A DNA stretch of 64,000 nt from positions 160,001-224,000 of the forward strand of contig CAVSGM010000011.1 of assembly GCA_963727485.1 (NCBI GenBank), in the 5' to 3' direction. Under the pieces are notes generated by a model. That model worked only from the letters and a program-made list of their open reading frames with translations, ran no database searches and was not told the origin of the DNA. Shown piece after piece: positions 1 to 8,403 of this stretch. This DNA comes from an uncultured delta proteobacterium (lineage in GTDB: Bacteria > Myxococcota > Myxococcia > SLRQ01). Position 1 is the stretch's first letter; every line of letters starts with the position of its first letter. Made by a program: the position numbers and the translations under genes.

Positions 1-2
1 CG

Positions 3-626
3 CTCGAGGCCACGGCCCCCACGCCGCCCGCACCCGCGCCGCCCGCACCCGCGCCGCCCGTCCTCGCCCCCGTCCCCCTCCGCGTCCTCTCCACCGCCCC
101 GGTCGCCATCGTCGTCCCGGCGGCGGCGGGCGCGCTCTACCTGCCCCTGGCCCTCACCTGGCGCCTCCACCCGGGCCTCGAGCTCCTCGTCGACGGCGCC
201 TTCACCCGGGGCCCTTGGTTGGGCTGCGCCAGCCGGTCCACCGGGGGGTGGCTCTCGGTGGGGCTGGTGCGGATCTCGGCGCGGGGCACCGGGCCCCTGG
301 TGGCGCTGAAGCTCACCGGGCGGGTGTTCGACACCCGCGGCGGGACGGCCAGCGGGTGGTTCGGGTGCAGCAGCGCCGACGTGGCGCTGCTCCAGGGCAC
401 CGACGGCGAGGTCGGCGCCGGCGTGGACCTCGGATGGCGCTTCGCCTGGCGGCGGCTGGTGGTCGAGCCCCGCCTGGGGGTGGGCCTCGCCGTCTGCGCG
501 AACTGCGTCGGCGGCTCGGCGTTCTTCGCGGGACCGGTGGTCCTCGGCGGCGACCGGACGCGCCGGTCCACCCGGGTGACGCTCACCCTGGACCTCGAGC
601 TCCTACGCGTCGGGGTCCGGTTCTGA
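3..626 (+). CDS. 5'-truncated hypothetical protein, probably a small outer-membrane beta-barrel with a Pro-rich linker
   Basis: Frame is open from the window edge (PTPPAPAPPAPAPP...). Alternating hydrophobic strands and a C-terminal ...LRVGVRF with terminal Phe. Confidence 0.55.
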   Translation, partial: LEATAPTPPAPAPPAPAPPVLAPVPLRVLSTAPVAIVVPAAAGALYLPLALTWRLHPGLELLVDGAFTRGPWLGCASRSTGGWLSVGLVRISARGTGPLVALKLTGRVFDTRGGTASGWFGCSSADVALLQGTDGEVGAGVDLGWRFAWRRLVVEPRLGVGLAVCANCVGGSAFFAGPVVLGGDRTRRSTRVTLTLDLELLRVGVRF

Positions 627-1688
627 GGCGGAGCCCCGCGCCGCGCCGCCGCCGGTCCCGGCCCCCACCGCGCGCGCCGGTCCGCGCACCGGGCGCCGGC
701 CCGGGGGTGCGAGGTCGAGGTGGCGGGCGTAGGCACGGTGGACCGCCGCCGCCTCGGCGGCGAGGTCCCGGGCGAGGGGCTCGGGCGCGAGGACGATCAT
801 GGCCGGGCCGAAGGCGCGGATGAAGCCCCGGAGCTCGGGGGTGTCGGTGACCGTGAGCTCGACCAGGGCCGAGCCGTCGGCCCGCCGCTGAAGGCGCTGG
901 GTGGGGTGGAAGGGCGTCTCGGCGAGGACGTCGGCGGCGGCGCTGGAGACCTCGAGGCGCAGGGCCAGGGGCGGGCCGCCGGCGAAGACGCCCAGGGACT
1001 CGCGGAACCCGCTCTCGAGGTTGTGCTCCACCGGCGGCGGCTGGTGCGCCTGGCCCGGGGTGAGGACGCGGATGCGGTCGAGCCGGAGTGCGCGCGGGGT
1101 GCCGTCGAGGTCCTCGGCGACGAGGAGCAGGCCGTGGCGGTGGCGCCGGAGGCCCACGACGAAGACCTCGAGGTCCACGGGGCGCTGGCGGCCGAGGCCC
1201 TGGTAGCGCAGGTGGAGGCTGCGTCCGCTCCGGAGCGACGCGAGGATGTCGGCGAGGTGGGCCTCCCGGGCGGCGGGGTCGTCGGGGCCGTCGGCCGCCG
1301 GCGGGTCGGCGAGGACCGCGGCCACGGCGGCCACCTCGACCCCCGGCATCGTCGCCCGGAGCCGGGCCGCGGCCTCGGCGAGGGAGGCGGCGTAGGGTGC
1401 CGAGGTCTCGAGCTCGGTGGCCGCCATCCACACCGCCATCACCTCGGTGAGGGTCGGGGCTCGGGCGGGCTCCGCCGCCGGTGGGACCTCCAGGCGCCAG
1501 CGGGTGGTCGCCCCCTCCCGCTCGGGGACCAGGGGCAGTCCGGCGTCGCGAAGGGCCCCGAGGTCGCGATAGACGGTGCGCGCCGACACCCCGAGCGCCG
1601 CGGCCAGCTCGGCCGCCGAGGCGCCCCGCCGCCGAGCCTCCAGGTGCTCGACCAGGCGCCACCTTCGCTCACGGGGGTCGGATCGCAT
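603..1688 (-). CDS. WYL-domain transcriptional regulator (HTH_11 + WYL + WCX; YafY/DriD/PafBC-like)
   Basis: N-terminal wHTH AAELAAALGVSARTVYRDLGALRDAG; WYL core LRY...GLLLVA...RALRLDRI; WCX-like FHPTQRL...ELRGFIRAFG...VLAPEPL. ATG at 1688. Confidence 0.9.
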   Translation of the reverse strand: MRSDPRERRWRLVEHLEARRRGASAAELAAALGVSARTVYRDLGALRDAGLPLVPEREGATTRWRLEVPPAAEPARAPTLTEVMAVWMAATELETSAPYAASLAEAAARLRATMPGVEVAAVAAVLADPPAADGPDDPAAREAHLADILASLRSGRSLHLRYQGLGRQRPVDLEVFVVGLRRHRHGLLLVAEDLDGTPRALRLDRIRVLTPGQAHQPPPVEHNLESGFRESLGVFAGGPPLALRLEVSSAAADVLAETPFHPTQRLQRRADGSALVELTVTDTPELRGFIRAFGPAMIVLAPEPLARDLAAEAAAVHRAYARHLDLAPPGRRPVRGPARAVGAGTGGGAARGSASEPDPDA

Positions 1689-1709
1689 CGCACCACCATG
1701 CACCAACCT

Positions 1710-1728
1710 CGTGACGGATCCGGTCACG
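1710..1728. promoter_or_regulatory. Palindrome CGTGAC-N7-GTCACG, candidate operator of the WYL regulator
   Basis: Perfect 6-bp inverted repeat in the 94-bp divergent intergenic region; same GAC-N7-GTC geometry as the DriD box. Confidence 0.6.
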
Positions 1729-1782
1729 CGCAACCGCACGCGGGTCCCAGGGCGTGATAAACCTCGGGCATCCGGAGGATCC

Positions 1783-2775
1783 ATGCCGAACGTCGCCCTG
1801 CGTCCCAAGACCAACCTCTCGCTCTTCCGCCGAGTGGCCATCGGTACCTGGCACACCGTGGGCGACCCCACCGTCTACGGGAGCATGGACCTGCGCCTGG
1901 ACGAGGCCCTGCGCTACATCGAGGCCTACCGCGACGCCACCGGCCGCCGGCTGACCTTGAGCCACCTGATGGCGAAGGCCGTCGCCGCGGTCTTGAGCGA
2001 GCACCCCGACGCCAACGCCATCCTCCGCTTCAACCGCATCTACCTCCGCGACCAGGTGAAGCTCTTCTTCCAGGTGGCGCTGGAGGATCCCGAGACCGGT
2101 GAGGTCGACCTCTCCGGGGTCACCGTCGAGGACCCGGAGGACAAGACCCTCGGCGAGGTCCTCGACGTCTTCGAGCGCCGGGTGAAGAAGGTGAAGAAGC
2201 AGGAAGGCGACGAGCTCGCCCAGAGCCGGGGGATGTTCCGGTGGATCCCCTCGCTGCTCCTCAACTTCGTGCTCTCGCTCTCCGGCTTCCTCGCCTACAC
2301 CCTCAACCTCGACCTCTCGTCGGTCGGGGTGCCCCGGGACGCCTTCGGGTCGGCGATGATCACCAACATCGGGTCGCTGGGCCTCGAGGAGGCCTACGTG
2401 CCGCTGGTGCCCTACAGCCGGGTGCCCCTGCTCATCGCCATGGGCTCGGTGCGGACGATGCCGGTGGTCGAGGACGGCGAGGTGATCACCGGGAAGGTGA
2501 TGCGGGTCTCGGTGACCTTCGATCACCGGATCCTCGACGGCGCCCACGCCGCGGCCATGGCCAAGACCGTGCGCGCGTGGATGGAGCACCCCTTCGACCA
2601 CTTCGACGCCATCGAGGACGCGGCGGCGGCCTCCGCGGCCCGCGAGGCGCTCCCCGAGGCCGGCGGCGCCGCGCACGCCGCCGCGGACGCCGGCGCCGCC
2701 CGCGATCCCGCGGACGCCGGCGCCGACGCCGCCACCGATCCCGCGGTCCGCCTCGCCGAGGGCGGCGGCGACTGA
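1783..2775 (+). CDS. 2-oxo-acid dehydrogenase E2-like acyltransferase, catalytic domain only
   Basis: ITNIGSLG and FDHRILDG catalytic motif; no lipoyl domain; GGAGG ribosome-binding site before the ATG. Confidence 0.9.
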   Translation: MPNVALRPKTNLSLFRRVAIGTWHTVGDPTVYGSMDLRLDEALRYIEAYRDATGRRLTLSHLMAKAVAAVLSEHPDANAILRFNRIYLRDQVKLFFQVALEDPETGEVDLSGVTVEDPEDKTLGEVLDVFERRVKKVKKQEGDELAQSRGMFRWIPSLLLNFVLSLSGFLAYTLNLDLSSVGVPRDAFGSAMITNIGSLGLEEAYVPLVPYSRVPLLIAMGSVRTMPVVEDGEVITGKVMRVSVTFDHRILDGAHAAAMAKTVRAWMEHPFDHFDAIEDAAAASAAREALPEAGGAAHAAADAGAARDPADAGADAATDPAVRLAEGGGD

Positions 2776-4310
2776 TGCCGATCCCGGCGCCGCGGACCGT
2801 GGTCCTCACCGAGGACCAGCAGGCGGTCGTGGCGCGGTGGCGCGCCGCCCCGGACCGGGCCACCCGGGAACGGATCTACGCCGAGGCGCTGGCCGAGGGC
2901 TACGCCCCGCGCTTCGCCGAGCTGCCCCTCCACGGGGGCGTCGCCGGCCAGCCGAGGCCCCGGGCCCTGGTGAGCCTGGTGGGCCACGCCTGGCAGCCGG
3001 CGGCGCTCATGGCCGCCTGGGTCCGCCCCGAGCGCCTGCTCCTGCTGCGCACCCGGGAGCCCGCCGCCGGCGCCCCCTCGGCCCTGGAGCTGGTCAGCCG
3101 CCTCTCGGGCCTGTCCCTCGACCGCATCGAGCACCAGTGGGTCCTCGGGGGCGGCGAGCTGGCGGTCTACGAGGAGATCCGCGACTTCCTCGCCCGGGGG
3201 CGTCTCAAGCCCGACGAGCTGGCCATCGACGTCACCGGGGGCAAGAAGTCCATGGCGGTGGCGGCGGCGCTCGCGGGCTTCCTCGCCGGGGCGCGGCTGC
3301 TCTACGTCGACTACCTCGAGGTCGACCGGGGGACGCCGGTGCCGGGGACCGAGTACCCGCGGCTCCTGGCGAACCCGCTCGCCATCCTCGGCGAGATCGA
3401 CATCGACCGGATCCGCGAGGCCTTCGACGGGGGCCACTACCTCGACGCCGAGCGCCGCGCCGAGGACCTCGCCCGGCGCCTCTACGAGCCCTGGACCGCC
3501 GAGGCCCTGGGGCTCCTCGCCCGGGGCTACGGCGCCTGGCACCGCTTCGACTTCGAGCGGGCGCGCTCGGCCCTCGCCGAGCTGCGCACCCTCCTCGACG
3601 CCCGGGCGGGCCACGCCGGCGCCGCCTGGGTGGGCCGGGTGCGCCCGGTCCTCGACGGGCACCTCGCCCGCCTCGGCGCCCTCCTCGAGGCCACCGCCAA
3701 GCCCGAGACCGTGGCCGCCGGGATGCCCGGGGTCCTCAACCACCTGGCGGCGTCGGCGCGGGCCCTGGCGCAGGAGGACCTCGACGACGCCACCCTGCTC
3801 CTCTACGCCACGGTGGAGCGCTACGTGGATCTCTGCCTCTGGGTCGACGCCGGCCTCACCGACCGGGACCCGGACTACGGGCGCCTCGAGGGGCGCCTCG
3901 ACCTCGACCGGTACCGCGACCTCGGCAGCCGCCTCTTCGAGGGCCCGGCCCCCGAGCGCCCCCAGGGGCCGCTCCTCTACCTCGCGGCCGTGCGCCTCCT
4001 GGCCGCCCTGGCCCCCGAGCGCCTCCCCGATGGCGATCTCGGCTGGGTGCGGGGCCTGGGACGGATGCGCAACGAGCTGGTCCACGGCCTGGTGCCCACC
4101 CACCCGGGTGCCGGGGAGGTGGCCTCGAAGCTCGGCCGGGTCAAGGGGCTCCTGGCGCCCGCCGCCGGGGGCGAGGCGGCGCTGGAGGCCGAGCTCGCCG
4201 CCCTGCGCTTCCCGGAGATTCTGATCCCGGGCGCCCTCCGGGGCTGCGTCCGCCGGTCCCGGCGCCGGCGTCGACACCAGCCGGCCTTTGGGTGTACCCC
4301 GGAGCCATGA
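2775..4310 (+). CDS. CARF-HEPN protein (TIGR02710/Cas02710, Csm6-like); true stop may be ~4224
   Basis: CARF strand-1 LVSLVGHAWQP and IDVTGGKKSM motif; LLANP...G linker; GYGAWHRFDFERA helical region; HEPN-type RNELVH (RxxxxH). Coupled to the upstream gene by TGATG. Confidence 0.85.
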   Translation: MPIPAPRTVVLTEDQQAVVARWRAAPDRATRERIYAEALAEGYAPRFAELPLHGGVAGQPRPRALVSLVGHAWQPAALMAAWVRPERLLLLRTREPAAGAPSALELVSRLSGLSLDRIEHQWVLGGGELAVYEEIRDFLARGRLKPDELAIDVTGGKKSMAVAAALAGFLAGARLLYVDYLEVDRGTPVPGTEYPRLLANPLAILGEIDIDRIREAFDGGHYLDAERRAEDLARRLYEPWTAEALGLLARGYGAWHRFDFERARSALAELRTLLDARAGHAGAAWVGRVRPVLDGHLARLGALLEATAKPETVAAGMPGVLNHLAASARALAQEDLDDATLLLYATVERYVDLCLWVDAGLTDRDPDYGRLEGRLDLDRYRDLGSRLFEGPAPERPQGPLLYLAAVRLLAALAPERLPDGDLGWVRGLGRMRNELVHGLVPTHPGAGEVASKLGRVKGLLAPAAGGEAALEAELAALRFPEILIPGALRGCVRRSRRRRRHQPAFGCTPEP

Positions 4311-4735
4311 ACGGCACCGCCGAGTGGCTCGTCGATGGGGGCCCGTGGATCTACGCCCTGCTGGTCGTGGGCTTCCCGGTGACCGCCATCGGCGTCGTCG
4401 GCTTCATCGGCGGGCTGATGCTCAAGGACCGCCGGGCCGCCCGCTGGCTCGCCGGGGTGGCGCTGTTGCTGACGGTGATCGTCCTCGGCATCGGCTGGGA
4501 GGCCGGGCGGGTGCAGCTGGTGCGGGGCCACGCGGCGATGAGCCACGCCCTGCCCTCGGACCGGGAGACGGTGCAGGCCGACGCCGACGCCAACGCCCAG
4601 GTGCCCAGGAACCTGGCGGTGCTCCTGGCGCTGATGCCCTTCGGGGCCGCGGTGATGCTCGGGGTCCGGGGGTTCATCGGGTGGGGCGGCGGGGCGAGGT
4701 CGTCGAAGCCCGAGGCGGTCGAGGACGCGGAGTGA
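4307..4735 (+). CDS. Small 3-TM membrane protein (short MotA/TolQ/ExbB-like)
   Basis: GGAG RBS; WLVDGGPWIYALL N-terminus; three hydrophobic segments. Confidence 0.6.
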   Translation: MNGTAEWLVDGGPWIYALLVVGFPVTAIGVVGFIGGLMLKDRRAARWLAGVALLLTVIVLGIGWEAGRVQLVRGHAAMSHALPSDRETVQADADANAQVPRNLAVLLALMPFGAAVMLGVRGFIGWGGGARSSKPEAVEDAE

Positions 4736-4815
4736 GCGACCGGGCGGGTGAGCGGCGCGGGGAACGGGAGCCGGCGTAGGCGCTGCGCCTCGTGGTTCGG
4801 CTGACCTGCGCCGTA

Positions 4816-5282
4816 GCGATGCGCCGCTTGAATCGGCGCACATCGCGAGGCGACGCTGGGCCGACGCCGGACGCTGCCGGCGACACGGCACGGGCGCGCC
4901 CACGGCAGGATGCGGGCGCCGAGTGATCTACCGGCGTTCGCGGGGCGGCCGGCCCTGCGCCACCGGGTGCCTGCACCCCCACGCGGGCGCGCCCGCCGGC
5001 GACCGGCCGCGGGGCCGCCGGTGCGACGCGCCTCTTGAATCGGCGCACATCGCGAGGCGACGCCGGGCCGACGCCGGGCCGACGCCGCACCGACGCCCTC
5101 CGCTGCCGGCGATACGGCACGGGCGCACCCAGGGCGGGATGCAGGCGCCGAGTGATCCACCTCCGCTCGCGCGGCGGCCGGCCCTGCGCCACCGGGTGCC
5201 TGCAGCCCCACGCGGGCGCGCCCGCCGGCGACCGGCCGCGTAGCCGCCGGTGCGACGCGCCGCTTGAATCGGCGCACATCCC
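4816..5282. repeat. Imperfect tandem repeat (periods 207 and 229 bp), each unit starting with a ~31-bp hairpin
   Basis: GCGAYGCGCCKCTTGAATCGGCGCACATC starts at 4816, 5023 and 5252; the intervening ~180-200 bp are also similar to each other. Confidence 0.9.
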
Positions 5283-5323
5283 GGGCAAACCACGCTCCCG
5301 CGGCCCCCGACCCCCTGCGCCTC

Positions 5324-7294
5324 TCAGTGCAGATCGGCAGCCAGGATCGTCCGGAGCGCCGCAGCGGCCGCGGCGTCGTCGCCCTCGCCCCGGGCCGCTG
5401 CGTAGGCCCGCGCCGGCGCCCGGAACCGCGACTCGGGCCCCAGCGGCAGGCGCGACAGGAACCGCCCAAGCCGCGCCTCGAGGTCGGGGGGCAGCACGGC
5501 CGCCGCCCCACCGTCCGCCTCCAGGGCCCGCGCCACCCGCACCGCCGCCACCCGCCCCAGGGCGTGGTCCGTCACCGGCCCCGGGTGCGCCCCGGCCAGC
5601 GCCGCCAGCCGCGCCTCCCACCGGCGCGCCCGGGCCCCGTCGCCGGCCGCGAGGCAGGCCTCCACCGCCCGCGCGCAGGCGCCGGCGTGGGGCCAGGGCC
5701 CGGTGCCGTCGGCGTCGAGGCGGTCGGCCAGCGCGGTGAGCGCCCCGTCGAGGTCCCCGTCCGGCGCCGCGGCCTCCACCCGCAGGGCCTCGTAGGCGAG
5801 GTAGAGCTCGTTGGCCCGGCGCCATCCGTCGCTCATCCCCGGCTCCCGGTCGCTCTCGGCCCGGGCCTCGGCGAGCGCCGCCCGGGCGGCGTCGACGCGC
5901 CCGAGCCGCGCCAGGGCCCCGATGCGGTAGGCGCGGCCGATGTTCGCCTCCCAGGGGGCGGCGTCGGCGAAGCGGGCCAGGGCGTCGTCGAGGCGGACCA
6001 GGGCCTCGGCGTCCCGGCCGGCGTGGGCCTCGACCCGGCCGGCGGTGGAGGCGATGCGCGCGCCCTCCACCGCGTCGGCGGCGGCGTCGGCGGCCGCCTC
6101 GGCCTCGGCGAGGTAGGCCCGGGCCGCCTCGAAGTGGTGCCGGTCGATCATCCCGCTCGCCTCGACGTTCCGGGCCCAGGCGACCAGCGCCGGCGGGGGA
6201 CGGCCCTCGGTGAGGCGGGCGTCGAGGGCGGCGGCGACCTCCGCGGCGGCCTCCGGGCGTCCGGCGTGGGACCGGTAGGCGCACAGGAGGGTGAGCAGGG
6301 CCAGGTGGGCGGTCCACACGGCCACCGGCTCCCGTCCCAGGGCCGTCGCGATCTCGGGCCAGGCCTCGGCGAGGGCCTCGAGGCGGGCGGCGAGCACCGG
6401 CACCGGCACCGCCCGCACCCGGTCGAGCCACCGGGCCTCCTCCACCGCCTCCAGCCACGCCGGGAGGGTCGCCGGGCGGAAGGGCCCGGGGGCCAGGCCC
6501 ACCGCGTCGGCGAGGGCGTCGAGGTCTTCGACGGGGATCACCTCGGGTCCCCCGGGGGGCGAGGGCACGGCGAAGCCCACGGGGACGAAGAGCCGGCGCA
6601 CGCAGGCCCGCTCCCGGTGGAGGCCCACGACCTTGGCGTGGACCCCCCGGCGGGCGCCCTCGGGGAGCGTGAGGCGCCCGGCGTCGTCGAGGTCGCCGGT
6701 GACGGCGAAGCCCGGGTCCAGGGGCACGTCGCTCCAGGCCGAGAGGAGCATCAGGGCGAGCGCGGCGCCCATGGAGCCGCCCTCGACCCGGGGGGCGGCG
6801 GCCGCCGGGAGCTCGTCGAGGACCACCCGGTGCCACCCGAGGCGCGGGGTCAGGGGGCGGGTGCCCCGGCGCCGGGCGGCCCAGGCGAACGCGCGCTCGG
6901 CGGCGGCGTCGGCGGCGGCGTCGGCGGGGGCGGCGCCGGGCCAGAACCGGGGCCACGGCCGCTCGGCGGGGCCGAGGCGCTCGAGGCGCACCCGGAGCAC
7001 GGCGCCCAGGTCGTCGTGGCTGGAGAGCCACCAGGTCGTCCCCGGGGCCGGCACCGGTGGCCGGGTGGCCCGCGCGGGGATGGCGGCGGCGTCGCCGACG
7101 GCGAGCTCGAGGCGGGCGGCGAGGGCGTCCCTGCGCGCCGGGGCGAGGGCGCCGGCGGGGATCGCCCGGGCGGCGTTGACCGCACGCTGGCGCGCAGGAC
7201 CCCGGGCGGGATCCCCGGGGTCCACGAGGCTCTCGAGCCGGCCCAGGGCCTGCTCCAGGGCGAGGACCGGACGCAGGCGCGTGTCGTCGCTCAT
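5324..7294 (-). CDS. AAA-less Lon-type (S16) protease domain fused to a C-terminal TPR-like helical region
   Basis: VEGGSMGAALALMLLSA...AVTGDLDDAGRL...GVHAK matches the Lon DGPSAG...AMTGE...GG..K Ser-Lys dyad pattern; RLFVP and EVIPVEDLDAL follow. Then Ala-rich helical repeats. No Walker A. Confidence 0.8.
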   Translation of the reverse strand: MSDDTRLRPVLALEQALGRLESLVDPGDPARGPARQRAVNAARAIPAGALAPARRDALAARLELAVGDAAAIPARATRPPVPAPGTTWWLSSHDDLGAVLRVRLERLGPAERPWPRFWPGAAPADAAADAAAERAFAWAARRRGTRPLTPRLGWHRVVLDELPAAAAPRVEGGSMGAALALMLLSAWSDVPLDPGFAVTGDLDDAGRLTLPEGARRGVHAKVVGLHRERACVRRLFVPVGFAVPSPPGGPEVIPVEDLDALADAVGLAPGPFRPATLPAWLEAVEEARWLDRVRAVPVPVLAARLEALAEAWPEIATALGREPVAVWTAHLALLTLLCAYRSHAGRPEAAAEVAAALDARLTEGRPPPALVAWARNVEASGMIDRHHFEAARAYLAEAEAAADAAADAVEGARIASTAGRVEAHAGRDAEALVRLDDALARFADAAPWEANIGRAYRIGALARLGRVDAARAALAEARAESDREPGMSDGWRRANELYLAYEALRVEAAAPDGDLDGALTALADRLDADGTGPWPHAGACARAVEACLAAGDGARARRWEARLAALAGAHPGPVTDHALGRVAAVRVARALEADGGAAAVLPPDLEARLGRFLSRLPLGPESRFRAPARAYAAARGEGDDAAAAAALRTILAADLH

Positions 7295-7307
7295 CGGACG
7301 GAGGGCA

Positions 7308-8297
7308 TCATCCCTCGCTGGCGGGCGGCGGGTCGAGGGGCAGGGTCTCCGTCTGCTCGCCGTCGCGGCCCCGCCAGCGGACCGAGAGGGTGTGGGCGCC
7401 GTCGCCGGTGCCCGAAAGCGGCACCCACCACGAGAGGGCCACGTCCGAGCGCTGGGGCGCCGCGGGCCCCGGCGGGTCGAGGGTCACCGAGACCAGGCGC
7501 TCGAAGCGCCCGTCGGCGTCGCGGATCACCAGCCCCGGGGGCGCGTCGTCGTGCTCGGCGAGGCCGTGGGCGTGGACGAGCACCCGGCCGTCGAGGAGCC
7601 GGGCCACCGGGGGCCCGAGCGGCCGCTCGAGGATCCGGGCGAGCTCGGTCTCGGCGTCGGCGCCGTAGTGGAAGGCGACCTCGGCGTCGGCGGCGCGGCG
7701 GGTGAGGGCGAGCGCCATCCGGGCGCCGATCAGCGGTCGGGCGAGCCAGCCGGCCACCGCCTCCCGGTGGGCGGCGAGCAGCAGGGGATCGAGCCACCAC
7801 GCCGGCTGGGCGGCGCGGGCCAGGGCCTCCAGCCAGGGGGCCTCCGGGCCCTCGGGGTCCTCGGCGAGGCCCCGGGCCACCTCGGTGGCGTGCCGGGCGC
7901 CGAGGACGTCGACCTCGCCGGCCCGGGCGAGGAGGGCGCGCTCCCGGGCCGCGGCGCCGATGCCCAGGGCCCACAGCAGGCTCTCGGCGTCGTCCCGGGC
8001 GGCGGCGACGGCGAAGGCCCGCCCGGGGCCGAGGCTGGCGAGCCCCTCGGCGGCGGTCTCCAGGGACCGGTCCGCGGCGGCGGCCACCGCCTCGGCCACC
8101 TCGCCCACCACGGTCTCCCGGAGCCAGGCGTCGAGGCGCCGGGCCAGGCCGTCGACCTCGTCGCTGCGCATGAGCCGGGCGGCGGCGAGGACCGCGACCA
8201 CCGGGTCGGCGCCCGGGTCGGCGAGGGCGTGGGCGAGGGCTTCGGGCAGCCAGTCCGGGAGGACGGCGAGGTCGTCGGAGGTCAGGGGCGCGCGCAT
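7308..8297 (-). CDS. Hypothetical protein, putative anti-sigma factor/protease substrate (helical N-terminus, beta-rich C-terminus)
   Basis: GGAGA RBS before ATG 8297; lies between the sigma and protease genes; motifs RDDAESLLWAL and QPAWWL; no transmembrane segment. Function is inferred from context. Confidence 0.55.
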   Translation of the reverse strand: MRAPLTSDDLAVLPDWLPEALAHALADPGADPVVAVLAAARLMRSDEVDGLARRLDAWLRETVVGEVAEAVAAAADRSLETAAEGLASLGPGRAFAVAAARDDAESLLWALGIGAAARERALLARAGEVDVLGARHATEVARGLAEDPEGPEAPWLEALARAAQPAWWLDPLLLAAHREAVAGWLARPLIGARMALALTRRAADAEVAFHYGADAETELARILERPLGPPVARLLDGRVLVHAHGLAEHDDAPPGLVIRDADGRFERLVSVTLDPPGPAAPQRSDVALSWWVPLSGTGDGAHTLSVRWRGRDGEQTETLPLDPPPASEG

Positions 8298-8403
8298 CGG
8301 TCGGTCTCCAGGGCGACGGCGACCCCCGGCCGGCGAGTGGTCGGGCGCGGGTCTGGCGGGGCCGCCGTGTGGCGCCGACGCCCCCCTCGCGCGGCATCTG
8401 ACA

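Noticed and set aside
23..60. 15-bp tandem repeat at the window start
   Set aside because: It simply encodes a Pro/Ala linker (PPAPA)n.
4816..5282. CRISPR array next to the CARF gene
   Set aside because: Only three hairpin copies, separated by ~180-200 bp that are homologous to each other rather than unique 30-40-bp spacers.
5324..7294. CalpL (Lon-SAVED) or housekeeping Lon/RadA
   Set aside because: No SAVED or CARF motif and no Walker A/B were seen; the C-terminus is helical-repeat-like.
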